Source: an uncultured Elusimicrobia bacterium (lineage in GTDB: Bacteria; Elusimicrobiota; Elusimicrobia; F11). Taken from it: DNA of 58,815 nt. The position numbers and the translations under genes are program-made. Below the pieces are notes generated by a model, which was not told the DNA's origin, made no database searches, and worked only from the letters and a program-made list of their open reading frames with translations. Positions 1 to 11,800 of the stretch are shown here, in pieces. Numbering within the stretch: the stretch's first letter is position 1; every line of letters starts with the position of its first letter. The DNA lies in contig CAZCJA010000004.1 in assembly GCA_964499015.1 (NCBI GenBank), positions 1 to 58,815 on the forward strand. Direction: 5' to 3'.

Positions 1-1
1 C

Positions 2-526
2 GATATTTTTGTGCTCAAGCCCGGGGAAACCAAGGAAGTGCCGTTTGAGGCCAAGGCGCATAAACAGGCCACCGGCGAATTGGTGGGCATGGTGTCGTTT
101 CAAATGGAGAGCGAATCGGAAAAATTTGTGACCAAGCTTTTCAGCTTGGCGGTCTATGTCGGTATTCAGGGGACGCTTAAACCGTCCGCTGAGATCAAAG
201 CCGTGATGGTGGATCTCTCGACCGGCAATGTTCTATCGGCCGGGTTTCTTCTGCGCAATCGTGGAAATTTCCATCTGCGGCCGGAAGGAACGATCGAAAT
301 CACGGATTCAAAAGAACAGGCTGTGGCGAACGTGACTGTGCGGCGCTCAAGTCCCGTTCAGCCGGGGCAAGACAAAGCTTTTATCGGCACAATTGAAAAA
401 TTTACGTTACAGCCCGGGGATTACACGGCGACCATTACGGTTGAAGACGTCGATCGCGGCGCGCCGATCCCGCGCACCGTTAAAAAATTTACCGTGACCA
501 AAGAAAAGAAGGTCATAGCCAAATAG
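2..526 (+). CDS. hypothetical secreted beta-rich protein (5' end cut by window edge)
   Basis: The frame is open from nt 2 to TAG 524-526; the track ORF 11..526 begins at an internal GTG. It is co-directional with the next secreted-protein gene and ends 4 nt upstream of it. The sequence alternates like beta strands; no catalytic motif recognised. Confidence 0.5.
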   Translation, partial: DIFVLKPGETKEVPFEAKAHKQATGELVGMVSFQMESESEKFVTKLFSLAVYVGIQGTLKPSAEIKAVMVDLSTGNVLSAGFLLRNRGNFHLRPEGTIEITDSKEQAVANVTVRRSSPVQPGQDKAFIGTIEKFTLQPGDYTATITVEDVDRGAPIPRTVKKFTVTKEKKVIAK

Positions 527-530
527 GGGA

Positions 531-1817
531 ATGGTGAAACAGCGTTTAATCAAAATAACGACGCTCTTGCTCTCGGCCATGCTCATCGCGCCGACGGCGC
601 GCCCGTTTACGTCCATGCAGGCCGAGTCGTTCACGGCCCGCGTGGTGATCGATAGTTTTTCGGCGCTGCCTGTGGAAATCCGCCACACGTCTCTGCAGGG
701 AATTTCACCGCTGACGCAGGAAGCGATCATTCAGGGCGAAGCGGGCCTGCGCCCGCGCGTTTCACCGGAATTCGCCGCTCGAATCACTCCCGAAGACGAC
801 CCGGTTATCGTGCCGCCCGATCGCGACGTTATTCGCGTCAGCCTGCGTTACCGCGTCGCTTATCCGGACGGCACGTACTCAGCAGTGGTCGAGCCGCCGT
901 TTGTCGAAGGCCCGGATCCGCTTCCTTTTGCGTTTGAAATTAACCCCGCGGATATTAATGATGGGTCCATTGAATACCAATTGAAAGCCGAGCGCTTTAC
1001 CGGCGATCCGCGTGTCGTGGTGAAAACGACCCATTTCCCCGTGGGCGCGGCGCTGGACCCGGCGAACGTGTGGGCGATCGTGGGACTTGAATCACAGGCC
1101 GCTCAAGTTTTCGACAGTGACGGCGGGCGTTTGACCATTCCCGACGGCAATCCGAACGACGGCTTAAGCGCGGTGGATGTGCCGGAAGGCGCGTTTGGCA
1201 CGCCGTCGCAGGTGACCTTCACCGAAGTGCCGCTGAACAGTCCGTTCGCGCCTCAGTCGGCTTCAGCAAATGGGCCGCTGGCGCTGTATCAATTCAACTC
1301 CGACCTTCCCTTCAATGGTACGCTGATGCTGACGCTGTTGTACCCGGACTTCACCTTTCCGAACGGCCAGGATGGAATCATCGACGGCACGCAAATTTCG
1401 GAGTCCGTTGTCGCCGTCGCCTGGTGGGACGGCAGCCGCTGGCGTCCGCTCGCCGCGCGGCGCAATGCCAATTTGAACACGTTGTCCTTCCGCATCGCCA
1501 ACGGCATGAAGCTATTCGCGATTCTGCCGTCCGCGGCGGCCTCACCCGACGACGCGCGGCCGAGCCAGAAGGTGATCACGCCGAACGGCGACGGCGCCAA
1601 TGACACCCTGATCTTTACGTTCTTCGACGCGGCGTCGAACATTCAAGTGGAGATTTTTGATATCACGGGCCGCCGCATTCGCTCGCTTTCCGGTGTTGGC
1701 ACGACCACATGGGACGGCCGCGACGATTCGGGTGACATCGTTGAAAGCGGTGTGTATATTTACCAATACTCCGACGGCGGCAAGCGCATCAGCGGCGCCG
1801 TGGCGGTGGCCAAATAA
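531..1817 (+). CDS. secreted protein with T9SS type-B-like (gliding-motility C-terminal) sorting domain
   Basis: Signal-like N-terminus MVKQRLIKITTLLLSAMLIAPTA. The C-terminal ~85 aa (ITPNGDGANDTLIF...VEIFDITGRRI...WDGRDDSGDIVESGVYIYQY) follows the TPNGDGxND...WDG...GxYxY consensus of type-B CTDs. TAATG stop/start overlap with the next gene. Confidence 0.7.
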   Translation: MVKQRLIKITTLLLSAMLIAPTARPFTSMQAESFTARVVIDSFSALPVEIRHTSLQGISPLTQEAIIQGEAGLRPRVSPEFAARITPEDDPVIVPPDRDVIRVSLRYRVAYPDGTYSAVVEPPFVEGPDPLPFAFEINPADINDGSIEYQLKAERFTGDPRVVVKTTHFPVGAALDPANVWAIVGLESQAAQVFDSDGGRLTIPDGNPNDGLSAVDVPEGAFGTPSQVTFTEVPLNSPFAPQSASANGPLALYQFNSDLPFNGTLMLTLLYPDFTFPNGQDGIIDGTQISESVVAVAWWDGSRWRPLAARRNANLNTLSFRIANGMKLFAILPSAAASPDDARPSQKVITPNGDGANDTLIFTFFDAASNIQVEIFDITGRRIRSLSGVGTTTWDGRDDSGDIVESGVYIYQYSDGGKRISGAVAVAK

Positions 1818-4800
1818 TGAAAAAGTTAACAGCCTTCATTGCTCTTATGATGTTCGGCGTTTCGGCGGTGTTCGCCGAAGCGACCAAGGAAATTTATTCC
1901 GATGGCGGATTGTATTCAGGCAATCCGCCCGGATCGTTTGTTATGGACATCAGTATGTTTTCTGCCAGCTCAATCAATGGCGATGCCAAATTTGCGGATG
2001 CCACGGCTCCAGAGGGCAAAACCAGTTTTCGCGTTCAAGTTAATAACACGGGCTTTGGCGGCGTTGGTATTTTCAATAAGGCAGATGTGGGCACCGGCAA
2101 TACGCCCCGTGATTACTCGGGGTATGAAAGCGGGGCGCTGCGTTTTTGGTTGAAGAGCGATCGGACATTGAAACTGGAAATCATCTATGGGTTGAATATC
2201 TCCAAGAGTGTGAACGTGAACAGCACGGGCAATCAATGGGTGGAGCAAGTCATTCCGTTTAGCGCGTTTGGAACTCTCAATTTCGCCCAGATCCGTGTTC
2301 CCTTTCAAATTTCCCATCAAGGCGGAGGCGTTTATCCCGTTGTTTTCTTTGTGGACCACGTGCGCTGGACAAAACCCGTCACCGCGATCAACGTGTTCCC
2401 GTCGAACGCGACGGCCTCGGCCGGCAAGCATGTTCTTTACACCTCCGAAGGCCGCGACGCGGCCAATGAATTGGTTTTAATTTATCCGTCATGGAGCGCG
2501 ACCGGCGGCGGTACGATTCCCGCGGCCAAAGCGTCGTCGGCGCTTTTAACCAAGGGCGCCAGCGGCAACGGCACCGTGACTGCGACCGATGGTGCGATCA
2601 GCGGCTCGGCCAATTTCACGCATGTTGCGGTGTCAAACGCTACGTTCGGCATTGTTAGCGAAACCGTTGCGGGCTTGGTTCTGGACACCGATTCGAAACT
2701 GCAGACGTTCCAAGGCGGCGGCGCCCAGGCCATTGTTCTGTCGGATGATTTTGCCAACGCCCCCGAAGGCTCCAAGAGCATTAAGGCGGTCGTCAATCAG
2801 CCGGCGGCCGGCTTCTCCGGCTGGACGGTGCAATGGGGTTTGGAAACGACCACCGATGCCTTTGTTAAAGACATGACCACTTATTACGACGGCTCGATCC
2901 GCTTCTGGTTTAAGGCTCCCGCGGCCCTGCAGAACGTCACCAATTTGGGCATTCGCTCCGGCAACGTTCCGGCGGGCAAGGAAACCTCGAAAGTGCTGTT
3001 GCGCAATTACACGACGTTCGACAACACGTGGCGCGCGGTGACGATCCCGATTGCGGACCTCGCGAAATCTCGGCCGTTCGCCGATATTTCGCGCACCAAA
3101 ATTTTCTTCGGCATCTACGTGGAAGGCTCCAGTGGCGGTTCACAGTCGTTCTGGGTGGACAACGTCCGCTGGGACACGACGCTGCCCGGTCCCATGACGT
3201 CGCTGACGGTTCAGCCGTCGGCGGTAACGATGCCGCCGTCGTCCAAACGCATTTTCTACGCCGTCGGACGCGACGCGGCCAATAATCCCATCGATGTGAG
3301 CCCCGCGTGGTCCATTACGGGAGGCATCGGCACCCTTTCCGCAACGTCGGGCCCGAACGTTCTTTTGACCGCGGCCGGCTCCAATGCCAGCGGCCAGGTG
3401 CGCGCCACGTTCGGCGCGCTGCCGGTCGCCGCGTCAAACGTGACAGTCCAGCCTATTTCCTTTAATCAGTCGTACAACGTGTACTCTGATGCCGGCGCCG
3501 GAGGCGATGTCGGTGTTTCCGCGGGCCCCGCTGGTTTTGGTTCAGCCATCACGTTGGATGAGCCCACGGCGGGCGCGATCGAAGGGGCGAAATTCATGCA
3601 GGCCACCTTCACGCTGCGTAACTCTGCGGCGGGCAACGACGCGTTTGCGGTCTGGTTCGTCGAACAGGCCAATTTCAGCCGCTTCATGCGCGCCTACGAA
3701 ACCGGCTATCTCCGCTTTAACGTGCGCACCACGCACGACTTGGAAGTGTCGGTGCGTTCCGAAAATATTTTACCGGACGCCAACACGGCCAAATTCCGCT
3801 TGAGCGAGCTGGGTATTCCGCGCGATGGCACATGGCAGGAAGTCATTATTCCGCTCGCCGACTTTAAGGCTCGTACCTCCGGCGCGAATCTTCTTAATTT
3901 TGACCAGATCAAAACGTTCTTCGCGATCGGTGCGTTATCGTCCGCGAGCGGCCAGGCCACCAACGCCACGTTCGACGTCGACAATGTGAAATGGCTCACG
4001 ACCGTCGCCGCCGGCACGGACAAGGTTTATCAGGGCTTGGTCGAGAAACAGCGGCCGAGCGGGCTTGTGCGCTCGTTTGAAACCTTGCCGCAGGCCGTCA
4101 CCTACGATCAGGCGCTGGCCGCGATGGCGTTCACGTATCGCCGCGATTTCACCAAAGCCAACGCGATCTTCACGTTCTACCGGAATTTAAATCAGGCCTC
4201 GAATGGCTTCCGCGACGAATACAACGTCGATACCGGCGCGATCATTGATCAAGACCGCTTGGTCGGCCCGAACGCCTGGATGCTTTTGGCCCTCATTCAC
4301 CATCGTGTTGTCAGCGGCTCGACAACCAACGACGCCATGATCGATCAATTGGCCGCTTGGCTGCGCAGCTTCCAGGATCCCGACGGCGGCGTTAAATTCG
4401 GCACGCCCGGTCCTGGCAACGGCACCAACCCCGGCATCAAGGCCACCGAATTCAATTTGGATTGTTACGCCGCCTTTAAAGCGTATGCGCAGCTGCGCAA
4501 CAATATTGTTTTCCGCACCGCCGCCAACCGCGTTCTTGATTGGTTGGGATCGCAGGTCTGGAATGCCGCCCAGGGACGTTTTAACTTGGGTGTTGAACCC
4601 GGCCGTGGCATTAACCCTGACAAGGCGTTGGACGCTTATTCATGGGGGGTCCTTGCGATAGCGCAGTCGACCCATTCCGTTTTAACACCGGCGGCCATCA
4701 ACGGCCTGCTCTCACGCGCTGAGACGGAGTTCCGCACGCAGAAGGCCGCCGATTTGACGGGCAACATTATCGATGGATTTGATTTCTCCGGCCAGCCGAA

Positions 4801-5743
4801 TTTTGCGCCGGACAAAGACGCCGTGTGGCTTGAAGGAACGGGGCAAATGTCGGTGGCCTATCGTGTCATGTCGAATGCGACCATGGCCGACCAGTTCGCA
4901 AACGAAATGGAAAAAGCGATCGTTGACACCTCGGCGACCGGCCAGGGCCTGCCGTACGCGACCAACGCCGGCACGGGGTACGGATTTATCATGGATTCAC
5001 TGCACCCTGCGGTCAGCGCTGCCGCGTGGTATTTGTTCGCGAAGTCCGGTTTCAATCCCATGCAACCGTTCCCCGTGTACGCGGCCAACGTGCGCAACGT
5101 GTCCAACAACGCGCCGGCGGAGGAAGTGACGTGGAACGCGACCGTGCCCAATTCCGGCTGGGTGCGCGGCAATCAATATGTGGAGCTGGCATATCAGCCC
5201 AATGATATTTCCGCGTGGGGCATTCAAATTTATACCGACAACAAGAACGTCGCGATTCAGACGCCGACGTATGTGGACCCGACGCCAGGCAATCTCACGA
5301 ATAGTGATTCCGACCCCGCCGGGTTGGTTCTTGTGACCGGCGGCGCGACGTCGTCTGAAAAACTGCCGATGGCCTGGAGCATCAAGGAATTGGTGACGGA
5401 CCTTCCCGCGCCGATGGAACCGAACAACACGGGCCTGCGCGGCTGTCCGTCGGATCCGAACGCGTTCCAGTGGTTCTACATGCTCGATAAAGGCACGCCG
5501 GCGGTGGATTTATTCGGCTGCGACAACGTCCCGTACACCGGCACCGCGTTCGTTGATGGGAACGATTATTCGCGCGTCGCCAAGGGCGTCAATTCCAGCC
5601 GTACCGCCCATTCCGCGCAAGGGCCGGACGGCTATTTCCCGACGATTTCGCCCGACTATATTTTCTTCCAGACCAACCTCGCCAACGCCGCTCCGCAAGA
5701 CGTTTTCGTCACCAAAGTGAACCTCGAGTTTTTCTTCGAATAG
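1817..5743 (+). CDS. large surface protein: 3 CBM-like modules, 2 Big_2-like Ig modules, (alpha/alpha)6 six-hairpin glycosidase-like region, beta-rich tail
   Basis: Signal peptide MKKLTAFIALMMFGVSAVFA. Three ~170-aa modules each end in FFVDHVRW / FWVDNVRW / FDVDNVKW. Two Ig-like modules share GRDAAN...P(S/A)WS(A/I)TGG, with an identical 15-nt cgcgacgcggccaat at about nt 2452 and 3267. The central region (YDQALAAMAF...GPNAWMLLAL...FQDPDGG...DAYSWGVLA) resembles an alpha/alpha toroid. Confidence 0.75.
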   Translation: MKKLTAFIALMMFGVSAVFAEATKEIYSDGGLYSGNPPGSFVMDISMFSASSINGDAKFADATAPEGKTSFRVQVNNTGFGGVGIFNKADVGTGNTPRDYSGYESGALRFWLKSDRTLKLEIIYGLNISKSVNVNSTGNQWVEQVIPFSAFGTLNFAQIRVPFQISHQGGGVYPVVFFVDHVRWTKPVTAINVFPSNATASAGKHVLYTSEGRDAANELVLIYPSWSATGGGTIPAAKASSALLTKGASGNGTVTATDGAISGSANFTHVAVSNATFGIVSETVAGLVLDTDSKLQTFQGGGAQAIVLSDDFANAPEGSKSIKAVVNQPAAGFSGWTVQWGLETTTDAFVKDMTTYYDGSIRFWFKAPAALQNVTNLGIRSGNVPAGKETSKVLLRNYTTFDNTWRAVTIPIADLAKSRPFADISRTKIFFGIYVEGSSGGSQSFWVDNVRWDTTLPGPMTSLTVQPSAVTMPPSSKRIFYAVGRDAANNPIDVSPAWSITGGIGTLSATSGPNVLLTAAGSNASGQVRATFGALPVAASNVTVQPISFNQSYNVYSDAGAGGDVGVSAGPAGFGSAITLDEPTAGAIEGAKFMQATFTLRNSAAGNDAFAVWFVEQANFSRFMRAYETGYLRFNVRTTHDLEVSVRSENILPDANTAKFRLSELGIPRDGTWQEVIIPLADFKARTSGANLLNFDQIKTFFAIGALSSASGQATNATFDVDNVKWLTTVAAGTDKVYQGLVEKQRPSGLVRSFETLPQAVTYDQALAAMAFTYRRDFTKANAIFTFYRNLNQASNGFRDEYNVDTGAIIDQDRLVGPNAWMLLALIHHRVVSGSTTNDAMIDQLAAWLRSFQDPDGGVKFGTPGPGNGTNPGIKATEFNLDCYAAFKAYAQLRNNIVFRTAANRVLDWLGSQVWNAAQGRFNLGVEPGRGINPDKALDAYSWGVLAIAQSTHSVLTPAAINGLLSRAETEFRTQKAADLTGNIIDGFDFSGQPNFAPDKDAVWLEGTGQMSVAYRVMSNATMADQFANEMEKAIVDTSATGQGLPYATNAGTGYGFIMDSLHPAVSAAAWYLFAKSGFNPMQPFPVYAANVRNVSNNAPAEEVTWNATVPNSGWVRGNQYVELAYQPNDISAWGIQIYTDNKNVAIQTPTYVDPTPGNLTNSDSDPAGLVLVTGGATSSEKLPMAWSIKELVTDLPAPMEPNNTGLRGCPSDPNAFQWFYMLDKGTPAVDLFGCDNVPYTGTAFVDGNDYSRVAKGVNSSRTAHSAQGPDGYFPTISPDYIFFQTNLANAAPQDVFVTKVNLEFFFE

Positions 5744-5848
5744 ACGCGATTTCTCCAGCCATAATTTACATCCCCGTTACAACTTCTTAAGGGCAATTTA
5801 AGACCTCGGTCGTATCCTGTCAGTATCAAAAAACCCAGGGGGATACTG

Positions 5849-8800
5849 ATGCAGCGCCGCATCGCCGGATTTTTAGTCGTCGTTTTTGCGTTCACCAACG
5901 TTTTGTTCGCTTACCAGCCGGAAACAAGCCTCTGGCAAGAGCGAAAAAATCAGGTGCAACTGGCATCTCTCACGCTTCCGGCGTTCCCGCCCGCTCCTCT
6001 TAAAACCGTTCCCGCTGTTTCTGCCCCCAAAAAAGTTCAACACATTGCGAATTTGCCGGCCACGATTTTTTCGCACGTCCGCTTAGCGGAGCGCCATGAG
6101 GCGTCCTCGCCCAACGGCCGCGTTCTCTTCCTCCAGGACGTCCACCAGAACGCCGACGCGCAAAACCATCTCGCGCAGGTCTTGAAGAAAATGTCGGCGG
6201 CCGGCGGTAAAACCGTCGCCGTCGGTTTGGAAGGCACCAATGGTGATTTGGGCGTCGCCGCGTATCACGCCGGCGGCGAGAGAGAAATAAGCGACGCCGT
6301 CGCCGAGTCGTTCTTCGCCAGTGGGGACTTGTCCGGCCCCATGTACGCCGCGCTGACCACGCATGCCGAGAAAAAGAATGCGCCCCTCGATTTTTACGGC
6401 GTCGATGATGCCGCGCTGCACGCGCAAAACGTCGCCGCTTACAAGGCCGCGCACAAAGACCAGGCTTCCGTTCTGAAATCGCTTAAAGCCCGCCGCAAAG
6501 AAATCGCCCGCAAAAAAGAATCCATCTACAACCCACTGCTTAAGGCATTTGATGCCCGCGTTCAGCAATATCGCTCCAATGAAGGGTCTCTGGCGGATTA
6601 TCTGCCGCTTTTGGCCAAGGGCAGCCATTCGCTGCAAGTGGAAATTTTCCTTGAAGCCTCGCGCCTTGAGAAAGAAATGGACCAGCGCCGCGTGGAAGCG
6701 GAGCGTGCCCATGTCCTGGAAAAATTAACGTCCAAGCTGAATAAGAGCGAGCTCGATACGCTGCTCGCGCGCAGCCTGCAGGTGCAGAACGGCGAAGAGA
6801 GCCACGCGTCGTACTACGGATTCTTTAAAACCATTTGCGAACGCCATGGGGTCGACTTAAATAAAACGCCGGCCTTCAACGATTATGTCCGCTACGTGAT
6901 TTTATCGGGCGAAATCAAACCCGAAACGCTTTTCGCCGAAACGCGCCGCATGGAAGAGAAAACCTTTGCCGCTCTGGTCAAAAACTCCGCCGAGCGAGCG
7001 CTGGTTCAACAGGACCGCCGCTTGTTCTTGTCCGAGAAGCTGGCCGATTTCGCGTTGGTTCCGGAAGAATGGTCGGAATATAAAACCCTCTCCCCAACCC
7101 CTCTCCCGGTGGGAGAGGGTCTCGGGGAGAGGGCGTTCCAACGCTTTTACGAACTGGCCGACGCTCGCAACGAGGCGATGGTGGACAATCTTTTGGCCTC
7201 GGCGAACAAATCCAAAACATCCACGATGGTTTTGGTCGCTGGCGGTTTCCACACGGCGGGCATCACCCGGCTTTTGAAGCAAAAAAATATTTCTTATATC
7301 ACCGCCGTCCCCAAAATCAACAACGTCGATACCGCCCAGGGCAGCGCTTATCTTTCCGTTTTCGACCGCGAAAAAACCCCGCTCGAACTGATTTTGTCCG
7401 GCCGCCAGCTGTTTTTGGCCGACAACCCAAATCGTTTCGTCCCGGAAGCGGCCATCACCAAACAGGCCATGATTGCCAGCGTTCGCCCGGACCACCAAGG
7501 TCCGGTCACGTTGCAGCGCGGCGGTGAGACGCTTAAATTTTATGCCGGCAAGCAGCCGCGCCTGTGGCAACGCGCTCTTTTGAGCCCCGTTACCGCCGTC
7601 CGGCGGATAGCCAACAAGGAAACCCGCTGGTTTCGCACGCGCCATATGCGCTTATGGATTGTGGCCGCCATTATGGCCACCGGTGGCGCTCTTTATACCG
7701 ATCTCATTTCGATCTCACCGAAAGTCCTGAGTTATTTGAGCATGGGCGCGGGCGCGCTTGCGATGGTTCGTTATTCGCAGACGCCTGAGCAGCACGCCGA
7801 CGAATTGGCGACGCTGGAGAAGCTTGATGAGGAATTGAAGAAAGAAGACGAAACGCCCGGCAGCGGTACGTTCGAGAGCATTGTTTATATTTCCGATCAG
7901 CACGGTACGATCGATAAATTTGACGCGCTTGTTTTGGACGCGCTGCGCCGCACGCCCGCGGGCAAAAGTATTTCCACGCATTTTAATTTTTCCCCGGATG
8001 TGCCGTATGAGCGCCAACTGAACGCCATTGGTAAAAGCCTCAATGATTTTAAGGGGGAAATTTTTTTCCATAACTTGGGCGATTTGCTGGACCGCGGCCC
8101 CAACGGTTTGCAGGTGTTCGAACATTCGGAAGAGCTGATAAATTTCGGCTTGTCCGACTTCGTCATGGGCAACCACGATTTATGGGCCTACATGAATCTT
8201 AAAGGGCTCCATTTGCCGTGGTACGAAACGTTCAACTTCTATGGATACATCGACGAATTCGACGCCCATTTTGGCAACGTGAAAGATTTGGCGATCCAGC
8301 AGACGAACAGCGGCGGTTTGCAGCCCGCATGGTGGGCAAAAAAGTGGGCGGAGTTCACGTCCTATCAGCAGGCGCGTCAGAAAAATTATTGGGGAAAAAC
8401 CGTGGATGTGCTCGTTAACGGCGAAATTGTTGACGGCAAGCAAAATCCTGCCACCGGGCTTTATGCGCGTGTTTCGTCCGGTTTGGACGCCAAACAGGTC
8501 AAGCTCTGGAACAAACTGCGCGGTGACAATGGAAATGATACCCGGATTCAAACCGGCACGCGGGCCGTCGGCGAAGTGTCATTGGTGTGGTGGAAAGACC
8601 TATTAAAAGAATTTAAGGCCGAATACAGCGTCATTCAAGAACAAGCCGGATTCGACGAAACTCTTCCTTCAAATGTGGCTTGGTCTGAAGCCATCGACAT
8701 GATGGAGGGCCTCATTATTCCGGAACTTCGTTCCGAAATCGAACAGCGTGTTAAGGCCGGCGATTGGTGGTGGCGTGTATTCGAGGCCATCAACTCCCAA

Positions 8801-11800
8801 AATTATTCCTCTCCGGAATGGTGGGCCAAAGATTGGCTGTTCCATGATAAGTGGGGCACGTCCGTCCTGAAGGAGCTGAACGCCATGGGCGATGAGGACG
8901 AGGAAATTGTAACGCCCGCCAATTATTTGCTTCATCCGATGATGCGCCGTTTGACCGACTTTTACGATAAAAACTTCAACCTTTACGTGCGCGATCAATA
9001 TCAAGACGTCGGTTTTCATGCCTACTTGCCGGTCGATCCAACGGGCCACTTTTCATTTACGTATAAAGGCGTCAAATACGTTGGCGTCGGAAGCAACGGC
9101 CGCAAGCGGGGTTGGGATGAAGGCTTAACGCGCATTGCGCGCGACGTCCGGGAAGCGGCGTGGATTTTTGACGTCTACGAAGCGTTTGCGCTCATTAATT
9201 ATTGGTACGCGGACAATACCACTCATGCCAAACGCGGCAGCGTCGCGGAGATCGAAAATAAATTTGGCCCGGAAAAAATCGCGCAGCGCAACGGAATGCT
9301 TAATCTTTATTTCTGGGGGCATATCCCTTTCCATGAATTCTATGGGCTTGGAAAGGCAACGCTCGGCATCATATGGTCGTTCATTACCAATAAGACCTCG
9401 GTAAAAACCGATCACGGCATGGGTGAGCGCTTTGGCGCGCGAGGCGCCTATGTATGGCGTACGCCCGTGCTCGCTCAGCTGATCGGCTACGAACACAAAG
9501 ATTCGCGAAAAATTGTCGAAAATCCGCGCACCGTTAAAACGGTGGCCGGAGTCGATACCGTCGCTGAGGAAGTTTTGTTTCAAAACCCGCCATTGGAACG
9601 CGAAGATTCGCTGCCGCGCGTGAAGTCCGCCGTTCAAAAGCGCATTCAGCAACTGCGCGACATGTTGAAACAGTCTTCGGGCGTGCAAAGCAATTTGTCC
9701 ATCGGCTTTGCGTTGTTCGGCGCGTCGATGGTCCAGCAGGGCAATCCATGGGGCTATCCGCTGCAGTTCCTGGGCATCGCGGGCATGGCGCTGATGGCGC
9801 TCGGCATGGTGTACGTGTCCGCGCCGGCCTCGACCGATTCGGCCGTCACGGAAGTGCAGAAGCATTATCCCAACTTGGATGGCAAAAATATTTTTGAAGT
9901 GGCGATGGAAATGTCGCTGACGCCGGACTTGTTCAAGAAGCTCGAAGCAAAATCCGCGGAATTCCAAAATTCAGACAACGTTTCATGGCACGAAATCATG
10001 CAGCGCGTGGCGATGGGGGAATCGATTGGCGGCATCGGGCCGCTTTTGTCCGAACGTTTCATGAAGCTCGCTGATTTGGGCGCGAAAGTGTACGCGGTGG
10101 CGCCGTTGTACAACCAGGTTTATTTCCAGCGCGTTAAAGACGGCCAGTTCACGATCGAGCGTTTGGATTCCGGCAAATATCTCCGCTCCGTTTTGGAAGA
10201 CACCAAGCACACGCTGCACGTGAAACTTTACAACGGCAATGTCGTGCACGTGAAGGTGTGGCAATCGATCTATAAAAACTCGGTTATTTATTATTTGGAC
10301 GCGCCGGAGATATTCACGGTCGCGTACGAGAAAAAAGAAGAGTCGGAAGAACGCACGCAGCAGAATTGGACGCTGGCCCGCGGCTCGCTGTACCTGGCCA
10401 AGGAATTCAATATTCAGCCGGACATTATGATCCAGAGCGAAACGCCGACGGTTTATGCCAACGCGCGCTTGTTCAGCGACGAATTGCAGAACGATCCGTT
10501 TTTCCATAACACGATCCGTATCTACAACGATCACACACCGGTTCCTTATGCGCATCCGCATCTTTCGCTGAAGCGCGTTCAAGAGCTTTTGCTTCGTCCG
10601 ATGTATTACCTGCGCTTTCCGTCGAAAGTAACGCAGGGCGGCGACGGGGAATATTATGTCGTTCCGCCGGAAACGCCTTTGGAAGAAGGCGGCCAGGCCA
10701 CCGTCGACATGACGAAAGTGCTTATTATCGCCTCGGACGACGCGTACGCGGTTTCGCGGGAACACAAAAAGGTCATGCAGTACATGCCGGTCCTTCGTGA
10801 CGTCGCCAACTTGGTGAGTCATATCACCAACGGCGTTCTTCCGGCACGCTGGCAGGCCCCGGAATTCGCCAACGCCGATAAAATGAGTGACGACGAGCTT
10901 ATTGCCGCCAAACAGGCGAAAAAAGAAATCCTTCTGAACTTTGTCAAAGACATGCTGGGCAAAGACGACGGTTGGAAAGAACGCGTCGCCGGCCTGACGG
11001 TCGTGCGTTTTATGCGCCGCATCACCGGCTACAAACGCTTCGATTTGATTAACGAAATTTTGACCGACTCGGCCAAGCTGGATGAATTCATCGCCTCCGA
11101 GACCATGCTGCTTTTGGGCGGCCGCGTTCACCAGGAAGACGATTGGAGCAAGCGCCAGGTGAATTTCTTGGCGTGGCTCGTTTACGCACCGGCCGATCAG
11201 CTCGTCAATCACGACAAGATGATGCTGTTGTCGCAGGGCGACGTGAGCAAATACGAAATGATTTCAACGACGCTGAAGCGTCTGGCGGCCGACGAGGAAC
11301 TATTGCAGAAAGTGCGCGACCGCGTGCTGTTCTTCCCGAACTACAACATCTACGACGCGCCCATTTTGGTTCAGGGCGCCGACGCGACCGTGATGATGGC
11401 CGACAAAGGAAAAGAGGCCGCGGCCACGGGCTTCCAAAAAGACCAAATGAACGGCAGTATCGTTCTGGCGGTCGGTGAAGAAGGCGCGATCGACGAATCC
11501 GTCTATTTCGCGCACGAGGAACGCCTGGATGTCTTGGTTGACGCTCTCAGCAAAGACCACAGCGACAAAGGCCGCAAAGATTTTGCTTATTTGGCCGGCA
11601 ACGGTTTTGAAATTCCGTCGAACGGTCCGAACGTCGACAACAACGGCAAATACACGGGCCCGACGTCACGCGGCCTGTTGGACACTATTATTAAGTTGAG
11701 CAACGTACGCCACGGCAAAACGCCGCTGGGCAAAGAAGGGCACCCTGAAATTTATCCGATGATGATGCGCAACGCGATTGCGACGACGCCGCAGGTGAGC

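Noticed and set aside
9983-11212. 409-aa minus-strand ORF, together with other long antisense ORFs (6083..6712, 6902..7645 and 9125..9967 on the minus strand, 29677..30714 on the plus strand, 35298..36248 and 47968..48717 on the minus strand)
   Set aside because: Each lies entirely inside a gene on the opposite strand that has strong motif support. Their translations are R/A/G/V/H-rich low-complexity sequence with no motifs. This is typical of shadow ORFs in GC-rich DNA.
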